From contig JACOTW010000003.1 in NCBI GenBank assembly GCA_016178135.1, positions 472 through 64,471 of the forward strand: a stretch of DNA of 64,000 bases, in the 5' to 3' direction. This document shows positions 8,519-16,240 of this stretch, piece after piece. The position numbers were made by a program, and so were the translations under genes. The notes under the pieces were generated by a model. The model was not told where the DNA came from and ran no database searches. It worked only from the letters and a program-made list of their open reading frames with translations. How positions within the stretch are numbered: the stretch's first letter is position 1; the number at the start of each line of letters is the position of its first letter. Origin of the DNA: Candidatus Saccharimonadota bacterium. Its GTDB lineage: Bacteria > Patescibacteriota > Saccharimonadia > Saccharimonadales > JACOTW01.

Positions 8519-10135
8519 ATGGCACGACTTCCCACTCCTGGTTCAGATAATGGTACATGGGGAGACATCCTTAATGGCTACCTCAGATCCTCCCATAATG
8601 AAGATGGTACTCTCAAGTCTGGGGTAGTTGGCGTAGGCCAACTACAAGACAACTCAGTTACCATCGCGAAACTAGACACCAGTACCAAAGCCTCACTAAT
8701 AAAGGCCGACAATGCCCTAAGTACCACAACAGCTGACGCGGATTACCTTAAGAAAATGGATGCTAGTACGACCTATGTTCCGCGGAACATCGACGGTGAG
8801 CTTGAGCTGATTTTGACCGGCAAGAACCGCACGACGTCAGCGGGTGACGAGGCGGTGCTACGCGGCAGTGATGTCGCCTCTGCGGTGCTGGACCTGTCGT
8901 CCAAGACCGGCACGGACGAAGCTCTCGGTTCGGCCTATGAGGCGGTTTCGTTCACCGTCCCTGCCGGTATCACTACGTTTGGTAGCGTGCGGCTGCGGAT
9001 CAAAAAGACCGGCACTATCGCCGACACTGGGACCTACGTGCAGGCAGCACTACACGCGGACAACGCTGGCAAGCCCGGCGCTGCGGTCGGTCTGAACAAC
9101 GCCGTGCAGCGGATCTATGGCGGACAGATCGAGACGACTTACACCGACTGCGAGTTCCTGCTAAGACTGACTGTTGCGACTCCCGGTACCCGTATGTGGG
9201 TTGTGTTGACCGTGGTGGTCAGTGGCGGCGGCACCCTCAGCATGGACAGCACTGTCGGAGTGGCATCGAGTGGCAATCTCGCCGAGAGTGCCGACGCGGT
9301 GACATGGACAAACAAAGACGTAGACGCCTACGTGCAGGTGTACGGGCAGAACGTTGCCGGAATCCAAGGTAACTCGACCAACTATGTAGCAATTCGTGGC
9401 GACTCAACCAACTACTTCGGCGGCTACTTCACTAGCAAACGCGGGACCGGCGTTTACGGCTTCTCGAACAACCACCGGGGTGTCGAGGGCAGTAGCGACC
9501 ATGGCCCGGCTGGGTATTTCGATAGCCGTGGCGGCTACGGTGTCGAGGCGGTTAGCACCAATAGCATCGCCGTCTACGGCAAGGCCGCTGGCGGCGGCGT
9601 GAAGGGTGAGAGTCCGTCGGCCTTCCCGGCGGTTCTGGGTGACAACATACTGAGCGGTCCGGGCGTGCAGGGCAAGACCGTCACGGGCATTGCCGGGCTG
9701 TTCGAGCAGTCGGGGTCTACGACCGCCGCCGTGTTGGTGTCAAAGCTCGGCACGGGCGCGACTGGCAACATGTGGGAGGGTCGCAACAGTGGCAGCACCC
9801 GTCGCGTGTCGTTCGACGTGAACGGGAATCTAAGCTTCGTTAGCAACGGCACGATCACCGCCGAGACTGGCTATCTACTACTCCAATGCTCGCAGACAAC
9901 TCAGGACATCTACTTCGGAGCAACGGGCGACACCGGCACGGTGCAGGCTCGCCGGTCAATAACGATGAGCGACGCGAAGAACCTTATTCTCGGCACTGGG
10001 ACCGGCACGAAAATCGGCACTGCGACGACGCAGAAGCTCGGCTTCTACAACGCGACGCCCATCGTGCAGCAGCCTAGGCCGACGGATGCGGCCAGTATCA
10101 TCACGCTTCTAACTACGCTCGGATTGTGCGCGTGA
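8519..10135 (+). CDS. Glycine-rich beta-repeat surface / phage-tail-fibre-like protein; chimeric base composition (low-GC 5' ~280 nt, GC-rich remainder)
   Basis: Repeated G-x-Y-G / YGxSxxxxGVEG units, no TM helices; abrupt rise in G+C from ~8800 through 10260 visible by eye. Confidence 0.45.
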   Translation: MARLPTPGSDNGTWGDILNGYLRSSHNEDGTLKSGVVGVGQLQDNSVTIAKLDTSTKASLIKADNALSTTTADADYLKKMDASTTYVPRNIDGELELILTGKNRTTSAGDEAVLRGSDVASAVLDLSSKTGTDEALGSAYEAVSFTVPAGITTFGSVRLRIKKTGTIADTGTYVQAALHADNAGKPGAAVGLNNAVQRIYGGQIETTYTDCEFLLRLTVATPGTRMWVVLTVVVSGGGTLSMDSTVGVASSGNLAESADAVTWTNKDVDAYVQVYGQNVAGIQGNSTNYVAIRGDSTNYFGGYFTSKRGTGVYGFSNNHRGVEGSSDHGPAGYFDSRGGYGVEAVSTNSIAVYGKAAGGGVKGESPSAFPAVLGDNILSGPGVQGKTVTGIAGLFEQSGSTTAAVLVSKLGTGATGNMWEGRNSGSTRRVSFDVNGNLSFVSNGTITAETGYLLLQCSQTTQDIYFGATGDTGTVQARRSITMSDAKNLILGTGTGTKIGTATTQKLGFYNATPIVQQPRPTDAASIITLLTTLGLCA

Positions 10136-10372
10136 ACACCGCTGCCCTCCTAGCGCTGATCGCCGAGCTGTACGACCGACTCATGGCATCAGAGGCTCGC
10201 GTCCGCGAGCTGGAAGAAAAACTCGTCGTTCGCTCCCAGGATGCCGACCAAACTAGCAACTAGTCGGCACCTATCCTCACTGTACGTTGCCGGAAAATTC
10301 CCACTAACAATGCGACAAAGCTGACACAAAAGTAGCGACACCCGTATACTTTCGTTTAGGTTACTAAACTAA

Positions 10373-10699
10373 ATGAAAGGAGTGTCGCTAATGCGTACAC
10401 TAACACAGTACGAAGTAGCTTGGAATATGCACCAGGCTGGCTCAACTATTGAGCAAATAACTAAGGTGGTAAGCAAGCACCGGGCCACTGTTTACCGTTG
10501 GTTAAAACAAATCAATCTGGCCGGCATCCGTAAGTTCCTTCGTCGTAAAGAAACCTGCAAGATCCGACGACCCAAAGCCCAAACTCCCGAGACAACCATC
10601 CAGAAGATCGTTGACATCCGTAATGAGTTCGGTTGGTGCGGAGCCAAGATACGCAAAGAACTAAAAGAAAACCACGGCATTAGTCTCGCCCTAAATTAA
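10373..10699 (+). mobile_element. Truncated IS481/IS3-type transposase N-terminal (HTH) fragment; IS remnant
   Basis: HRATVYRWLKQ...RRPKAQTPETTIQKIVDIRNEFGWCGAKIRKELKENHGISL resembles the HTH + 'RRPxxSPxxTP...I..LR....G...I...L' leader of IS481-family transposases; catalytic DDE part absent. Confidence 0.5.
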
Positions 10700-10888
10700 A
10701 AGGGTCTCACCCTTAACATCACCCTTAACAGGGAAGAATTTTGGTGATTAGTGCCAAATCAGTTAGAAGACAGTCTTCTACAGGAGTCTTTTAGTGTCAT
10801 ATATCAGCTAACTGATACTTTATTGTTTCTGTCTAGGAAACATTATTCATGAGCTAACGAATACTATTTGGGAAAGATTTTATATGAG

Positions 10889-10921
10889 CTAAGTCGTGTT
10901 GCTGTGAAAAAGTGCGAAAGT
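10889..10921 (+). promoter_or_regulatory. Recurring AAAAGTGCGAAAGTCCTATATAAT promoter-like box upstream of KH-protein gene
   Basis: Identical core to boxes at 705-733, 36399-36433, 45548-45583. Confidence 0.5.
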
Positions 10922-10966
10922 CCTATATAATAGTTTCTACAGCCAGTAATTGAGGAGTATCAAATC

Positions 10967-11374
10967 ATGAATAGTACCATAGACCAACAGTTCATAGAAT
11001 TTATTGTTAAATCACTTGTCAACAAGCCAGATGCTGTAAGTGTTGAGCGTCGTATTGACGAGAAGGGTGTATTGCTTGAACTTACCGTTGATCCTGAAGA
11101 CCTTGGCCGAGTAATCGGAAAGCGCGGGGCGACTGCTCAAAGTCTGCGAACTCTGCTCCGAGCTCTTGGCACCAAGAATGACGCACGTTACAACCTAAAA
11201 ATTGTTGATAATGGTGAACAACCCGTAGCAACATTACCATCTGATCAAGGTACGCCATCCCCCGTGAGCAATAATGATGAAGACGTGGATGTTGCTGAAG
11301 ATGATACAGATCAAAACAGTGTTGTAAGTAAAACCCGAAAAGAACTTGATGATCTGGACGACTTAGATATATAA
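10967..11374 (+). CDS. KH-domain RNA-binding protein (YlqC/UPF0109-like) of the rpsP-trmD operon, with acidic C-terminal tail
   Basis: VERRIDEKGVLLELTVDPEDLGRVIGKRGATAQSLRTLL KH-fold GxxG motif; conserved position between rpsP and trmD. Confidence 0.75.
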   Translation: MNSTIDQQFIEFIVKSLVNKPDAVSVERRIDEKGVLLELTVDPEDLGRVIGKRGATAQSLRTLLRALGTKNDARYNLKIVDNGEQPVATLPSDQGTPSPVSNNDEDVDVAEDDTDQNSVVSKTRKELDDLDDLDI

Positions 11375-11375
11375 T

Positions 11376-11520
11376 AGGACTTACGCACTTTTTCACACCA
11401 CCCCAGACCAATCCTACAGGGCTGTAAACTGTTTATCTACTGTCAGTGTAGCTATGGTTGCCACTCCAGAAGCTCAACAGTTTTCGCTCCAAGTAGGATT
11501 ACTCTGGAATTGGCGACAAA
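11376..11520. repeat. Degenerate MITE copy (variant subfamily, cf. 573-700) ending in a diverged promoter-box-like terminus
   Basis: taggacttacgcactttttcacaccaccccagaccaa...gtgtagctatggttgccactcc...cagttttcgctccaag...ctggaattggcgacaaagt. Confidence 0.6.
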
Positions 11521-11623
11521 GTACAAATAGTTACTACATTATCAGCCGCAACCTTCGGTTAAAAAACAAAAATAGTATGGGCTCATGCGAGCGATTCGTA
11601 AGAATCGGAGCCTTATGTGACAC

Positions 11624-11657
11624 AAAAACCCTGGTAACTCCAGGGTTTTTGTGTTTT
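11624..11657. terminator. Rho-independent terminator-like hairpin, palindromic with T-runs on both strands
   Basis: aaaaaccctgg-taact-ccagggttttt gtgtttt. Confidence 0.65.
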
Positions 11658-11668
11658 AATAGACCCTT

Positions 11669-12313
11669 ATGAAGATTCAGATCATCTCTTTGTTTCCAGA
11701 GATATTTAAACCAATTTTGAGTACTAGTATGCTTCGGAAAGCTCAGCAAAAGGGTCTAGTTGAGTTTTCTTATATTGATTTGCGGGATTACGGGATCGGA
11801 CCACGAAAAACCGTTGATGATACGCCTTACGGTGGTGGCGATGGCATGTTACTAATGATAGAACCCCTTGTCGGTGCGATTGAGGCGGCTAGGGTCAACG
11901 ACCCTGACGCTATGGTCATCTTACCTACTCCACGTGGCAAATTGTATAAGCAGTCTGATGCCAAGCGACTTGCTGCTAATGAAAAAGGCTTAATACTGGT
12001 TTGTCCCCGTTACGAAGGCTACGACGAGCGAGTTACTAATTGGGTTGACCAGCAATATTGCATAGGCAATTACATTCTAACTGGTGGTGAATTGCCGGCC
12101 ATGATAATCATTGATAGCGTGGTTCGTTTAATTCCTGGTGTACTGGGGGGAGAGTTTTCGGCTGAAGTTGAGTCTTTCCAGCAAGACGATAAAAGTATTG
12201 AATTTCCACAGTACACCCGCCCAGAGGATTTCAAGGGCATGAAGGTACCGAAAATCTTACTAAGCGGAAATCATACAAATATTCAGCAATGGCGGGACAA
12301 GCACGGAGTTTAA
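11669..12313 (+). CDS. trmD: tRNA (guanine37-N1)-methyltransferase
   Basis: MKIQIISLFPEIF..., GYDERV, SPOUT-fold TrmD motifs. Confidence 0.9.
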   Translation: MKIQIISLFPEIFKPILSTSMLRKAQQKGLVEFSYIDLRDYGIGPRKTVDDTPYGGGDGMLLMIEPLVGAIEAARVNDPDAMVILPTPRGKLYKQSDAKRLAANEKGLILVCPRYEGYDERVTNWVDQQYCIGNYILTGGELPAMIIIDSVVRLIPGVLGGEFSAEVESFQQDDKSIEFPQYTRPEDFKGMKVPKILLSGNHTNIQQWRDKHGV

Positions 12314-12314
12314 C

Positions 12315-12941
12315 ATGGGAGAAGTTATACAATTGCCACAACGACATGCGACCACCAAAGAATGGGGGGCTATCCAAGATGGTGCGAACATGGTTACTGA
12401 TTATCTCGAAGAACCCCGGATACAGTTAGTCTTGCCAAGTTCGGGGTATTCTATGCGACGTGTCAATGATATTGACGATCAACTTTATGCGCCAGGGCGT
12501 GAGGGAGTCAAGGATTTCGCCACGGGCTTTAGGGAGGTTATACGATTAGATCGTGATATATCTGTACGATCAGGAGTTGCATACGGCGCGTATTATGCGG
12601 GGAAATTGGTCCTGCCGAATGTTCTTATGCCTTTTGATCAGCCAAATGAGGAATTTGAAAATTTAGTGAAGGTTGTTTCACGGCAATGTCCAGAACCTGA
12701 CTTTCCGGTAATCGCCGAGGCTATAACAACAAGAGCGGCAGCAACACTTACCTTGCTGGCATTGTGGAGTAAGTTTAAATTCTCACAAGACGAACGCTCC
12801 TCATTAACGGGTCGTATATTGGCAGGCAAATTTCCTCCGGCAGAGCCAAACATAGCATCTGCTTTTAAGAATCGCCTGCCCGAAACAAAACTATTGCCTT
12901 TATTGAAAAAACCAATTCCTACTCGTCTCAATAGAGTATAA
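12315..12941 (+). CDS. Hypothetical protein (208 aa), translationally coupled to trmD
   Basis: Long ORF, 1-nt gap from trmD stop; no recognisable motif. Confidence 0.4.
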   Translation: MGEVIQLPQRHATTKEWGAIQDGANMVTDYLEEPRIQLVLPSSGYSMRRVNDIDDQLYAPGREGVKDFATGFREVIRLDRDISVRSGVAYGAYYAGKLVLPNVLMPFDQPNEEFENLVKVVSRQCPEPDFPVIAEAITTRAAATLTLLALWSKFKFSQDERSSLTGRILAGKFPPAEPNIASAFKNRLPETKLLPLLKKPIPTRLNRV

Positions 12942-12950
12942 TGATACTGT

Positions 12951-13111
12951 ACTGGACCTGTCGCAAAATCGCCCGTTCCCAGGGCAAATCAGCTCTAGTT
13001 TATAGTGGTTTGACTGAAGGAGAGGTAGCTTTAGCTACATCGAGAGAAGACAGACCGCTACCAGCCGAGATTAATTGGTCTGGGGATGGGGGAGCTTTGG
13101 GTAAGTCCAGT
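12951..13111. repeat. MITE-like palindromic repeat (orientation A)
   Basis: actggacctgtcgcaaaatcgcccgttcccagggcaaatcagctc...gtagctttagctac...ctggggatgggggagctttgggtaagtccagt. Confidence 0.9.
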
Positions 13112-13187
13112 GTAAGCTTAACAATTTTCGCTTCAAGCAGAATTACTCTGGAATTGGCGACAAAGTGTGAAGATAAAAGGGGGTAGC

Positions 13188-13577
13188 ATGTTTAGAATCA
13201 AACCGGTTTACGCGCATTGTGATTTGCCGTGCGGTGTTTATGATCCGGCGCAGGCTCGAATTGAGGCGCAGAGTGTATTGGCAATTCAGGAAAAATACGA
13301 AGGGTTGGATGCAGATAATAAAACGCGCGCTATAATTATCAAAGAACAGCGTGCCGAACTTGTCAAACATCATTTGTGGGTTTTATGGACTGATTATTTC
13401 AAGCCGGAGCATTTGGGTAAATATCCAGATCTACACGATAAATTTTGGAAAGCTACTAAGCAAGCCGGGGAATGTAAGCATCACAATGAACCGGTCGAGG
13501 GTAAAAAACTTTTGGAGATGATTGATGAAATTGCCGAAATTTTTTGGGCAACCAAAAAAACCGTTAATCATACGTAG
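13188..13577 (+). CDS. sodN: Nickel-containing superoxide dismutase precursor (NiSOD) with short N-terminal leader
   Basis: Leader MFRIKPVYA then HCDLPCGVYDPAQARIEAQ nickel-hook motif; rest closely resembles Streptomyces NiSOD (IKEQRAEL.KHH..VLW.DYFKP). Confidence 0.9.
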   Translation: MFRIKPVYAHCDLPCGVYDPAQARIEAQSVLAIQEKYEGLDADNKTRAIIIKEQRAELVKHHLWVLWTDYFKPEHLGKYPDLHDKFWKATKQAGECKHHNEPVEGKKLLEMIDEIAEIFWATKKTVNHT

Positions 13578-13851
13578 AGTGCATGGTCACAGTATGATTC
13601 CCGTCCTGCCTCCAGATACTCTGGTATGGGGGTGGATGTGGTTTAGGAGCCTAAAAACTGGCGATGTTGTGATGTTTGAACACGCCAATAAAGAAAAAAT
13701 TAAACGTATAGATCACTTTGAGGACGATAAACTGTACTTACTTGGCGATCACTTAGAAACTAGTACTGATAGCCGGCATTTTGGCTTGCTTGACAGAAGC
13801 GCGGTAAAAGCTAAAATATTTTGGCCACGTGTGGGACCGATCAACCGTTAG
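13522..13851 (+). CDS. sodX: NiSOD maturation peptidase SodX (S26 signal-peptidase family); start codon uncertain (overlaps sodN 3' end)
   Basis: GHSMIPVL catalytic-Ser motif, GDVVMF, small S26-like size, immediately downstream of sodN. Confidence 0.7.
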   Translation: MMKLPKFFGQPKKPLIIRRVHGHSMIPVLPPDTLVWGWMWFRSLKTGDVVMFEHANKEKIKRIDHFEDDKLYLLGDHLETSTDSRHFGLLDRSAVKAKIFWPRVGPINR

Positions 13852-13858
13852 TTTTGTT

Positions 13859-14015
13859 CGACTTACCCAAAGCTCCCCCATCCCCAGACCAACTAATCTC
13901 AAGCGGTAGCGGTCTGCCTTCTCTCGATGTAGCTATGGCTACCTCTCCTTCAGTCAAACCACTATCAGCTCGAGCTGATTTGCCTTGGGAGCGGATGATT
14001 TTGTGTTAGTCCAGT
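13859..14015. repeat. MITE-like palindromic repeat (orientation B; inverted relative to 12951-13111)
   Basis: cgacttacccaaagctcccccatccccagaccaactaatctc...gatgtagctatggctacctc...ccttgggagcggatgattttgtgttagtccagt. Confidence 0.9.
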
Positions 14016-15229
14016 TTAGTGTCTAGAAATACAGAATTTGCTAGATTATCAGCACATTGAGGACAACTTTCTTCCTCGTCATCTTCCGATAGCCAACGCT
14101 TAGTGGCGATAAGCCAGGGTTGAAAGTCATGATAAGCGATGAGATCAGCCAACCGCCGTAAAATCCAGCCAATTTTTCCATAAAGTCTAATATTTCCCCA
14201 GAGAACAGCGGCCCAATACTTGCCTACCGGAGTTATATAAATAGGTTTTTTGGCCACATAAGGCAGGGGTAATTTTTTGTCGGCTAGTCGTATTAAATTG
14301 TTGGTAACTGTTACGGCATCGTGCAGGGCGGTTTGTGCCATACCGGAATATGGAGTGTCGGCGCTATCACCTATCACATAGATACCTGGCTCGGCTTGCA
14401 AATATTGGTCAACACGAACCTTTTTATTGCTCGCTAGCTGAAACTGATTTTCGGTAAAGAATGGATTGTTGGCTACGCCAGCGGTCCAAATGACCGTGTG
14501 GCTACGGATGGGTTTACTATTGATTATTAACGAATCTATGGTTTGGGCTTGAGCAGGTGTTTTGAGGTATAGTTTGATGCCGAGTTTGCGGAGTCGCCGC
14601 GTAACCTTGGCAGACAAATCCTTTGGCAGGTTTGGCAATAGTCTTGGCGCGGCCTCGACAAGGTCAATATGAAATTCTCGAGGCTTCAGGCCATGCCTTA
14701 TGCATATTTGCTTTAAATAGGCTGGTAAAGCGCCGGCTAGTTCTACACCAGTTGGTCCGCCGCCAATAATTACGTAACTAAGATCTGGTCGGTGGTCATC
14801 GAACAATTGTTTGTGTAGATGATTTTTTATCTCCTCTGCCTCCTCTAACGATTTCATACTATAGGATAGTTCGCTAAGTCCATTGATTCCGAAATAATTT
14901 GTTACCAATCCGATGCTTAAAATCAAAGCATCATATGAAAAGATTTGTCCGTTTTTTGTTTTCAGGCTATGGATTTTTCGGTCAATCAATACGACTTTAT
15001 CGCGAACAATAGTGATGCGTTTTTCATTGAATACTTCCGCAAGCGGAATACTAGAAATTTTGCGCTTACCACCAGTAGCTGTGCGATAAAGAGCTGGATG
15101 GAAGTCAAAACTATCGCTATCGCTGATTAGGGTTATGTGAAAGCGACCATCTTCCGCAAGGCGCAGAGCGGATTTTACTCCGCCAAAACCTCCCCCAACT
15201 ATTACTATTTGATGTTTTTTACTGTTCAT
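14006..15229 (-). CDS. ndh: Type II NADH:quinone oxidoreductase (NDH-2); the longer ORF-track extension to 15469 reads through an upstream repeat
   Basis: MNSKKHQIVIVGGGFGG first dinucleotide-binding motif at the proposed start, second GGGPTGVE motif, NDH-2 length ~407 aa. Confidence 0.75.
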   Translation of the reverse strand: MNSKKHQIVIVGGGFGGVKSALRLAEDGRFHITLISDSDSFDFHPALYRTATGGKRKISSIPLAEVFNEKRITIVRDKVVLIDRKIHSLKTKNGQIFSYDALILSIGLVTNYFGINGLSELSYSMKSLEEAEEIKNHLHKQLFDDHRPDLSYVIIGGGPTGVELAGALPAYLKQICIRHGLKPREFHIDLVEAAPRLLPNLPKDLSAKVTRRLRKLGIKLYLKTPAQAQTIDSLIINSKPIRSHTVIWTAGVANNPFFTENQFQLASNKKVRVDQYLQAEPGIYVIGDSADTPYSGMAQTALHDAVTVTNNLIRLADKKLPLPYVAKKPIYITPVGKYWAAVLWGNIRLYGKIGWILRRLADLIAYHDFQPWLIATKRWLSEDDEEESCPQCADNLANSVFLDTKLD

Positions 15230-15304
15230 GATGCTTGTGGTTGATATATGATAAGTGTACAGGTTTGGTCTATGTTTTGCCAGCTTCTGTATGTAATTGG
15301 CATA

Positions 15305-15453
15305 TAGTCCCCGCAAAACAAATTCGTGGGTTTTTGAAGCAATGATCTTTGAGCCAAAAACTGACTTTTCCGAGAGAGACATATCCTTAGATACGTTGAA
15401 CGAGGAAAGGCGGTTTTGGGCCAAAGAGGGTGATTCGAAAAGGCGATATAATA
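15305..15453 (+). repeat. Second repeat family (~150 bp), near-identical copy at 60059-60205; encodes a shared stop-free N-terminal leader MIFEPKTDFS(E/Q)RDISLDTLNEERRFWAKEGDSK
   Basis: tagtccccgcaaaacaaattcgtgggtttttgaagcaatgatctttgagccaaaaactgacttttcc.agagagacatatccttagatacgttgaacgaggaaaggcggttttgggccaaagagggtgattcgaaaag almost identical at both loci. Confidence 0.85.
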
Positions 15454-15470
15454 ACGCAAACGACTCCATT

Positions 15471-16196
15471 ATGCGCGTCAGAAGTGTTAATTATGATGAT
15501 GGCCAGCCAAATGGTTTTATAGTTGAAATAATGCTTGAAAAGCAAGGTCAATCGTCACCAAAGTCAGAGGTGATTATTAATACTGGACATAGCGGACATA
15601 TTTTATTCAATGATATGAATAATCTGTTCGCAGCTAGGGAAATAGCTCGAGACTTATGGCTTGGCAATGGTTCTGAAATTGACCCTGAAATTAGCGACAT
15701 GGCTAGTTATTTATTGGTAGGTATTAACGATATCTTAAACGATCCTAAGATGGCATATGCTACAGATAAAAAGATTGATAATTACGAATATTTGGCAGAT
15801 TGTGCTATGCAATTAATGAATAATGAAGATCGTCCATCGCTTACAATATTATCTATCGAATACGTAAAGAAATTGTCAAACGGCGACATAATCACAATTA
15901 ACAAAAGCGAGGTTCTAGAGGACTATATGGAGCCGGACGACACTAATGACACTAATGACCGACCTGCATACCAGATTAGTTTAATTAAACATCTACATAA
16001 AACAAGGTATGATTACATGAAAAATATGGCTGGTAAGCGCTTGTTGTATGTAACAGGTACTGAACCTGTGAATTGGGGGGAAGATTTGTTCGAAAGCGGT
16101 GTTGCTGACACGGTATTATCTGATTTATATGATCCTACCCCAAGAACTCATGACGTTATGATGTTGTTGGGTGCCCTAAATGAGGTGTCGCTGTAG
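15471..16196 (+). CDS. Hypothetical acidic protein; true start uncertain (ORF is open from 15297 through the family-2 repeat)
   Basis: ORF continuity; no motif recognised. Confidence 0.35.
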   Translation: MRVRSVNYDDGQPNGFIVEIMLEKQGQSSPKSEVIINTGHSGHILFNDMNNLFAAREIARDLWLGNGSEIDPEISDMASYLLVGINDILNDPKMAYATDKKIDNYEYLADCAMQLMNNEDRPSLTILSIEYVKKLSNGDIITINKSEVLEDYMEPDDTNDTNDRPAYQISLIKHLHKTRYDYMKNMAGKRLLYVTGTEPVNWGEDLFESGVADTVLSDLYDPTPRTHDVMMLLGALNEVSL

Positions 16197-16240
16197 ATAT
16201 TATCGTTAATCTTCTGCCACCATGTTAAAATATTCATAAC

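Noticed and set aside
10133-10262. TGA recoded as Gly (genetic code 25, as in some CPR lineages), which would extend the 8519 ORF
   Set aside because: Many long, well-conserved genes in the window (leuS, pheT, uvrB, cyoB, gatA) read intact under the standard code. TGA is also used as a genuine stop (e.g. nusB 4471-4473). The in-frame continuation is more likely a decayed C-terminus or a separate small ORF.
14006-15469. Full 487-aa ORF as the NDH-2 gene
   Set aside because: The N-terminal 80 residues overlap the family-2 repeat and precede the canonical GGGFGG dinucleotide-binding start. The shorter start at 15229 (MNSKKHQIVIVGGGFGG) is more plausible.
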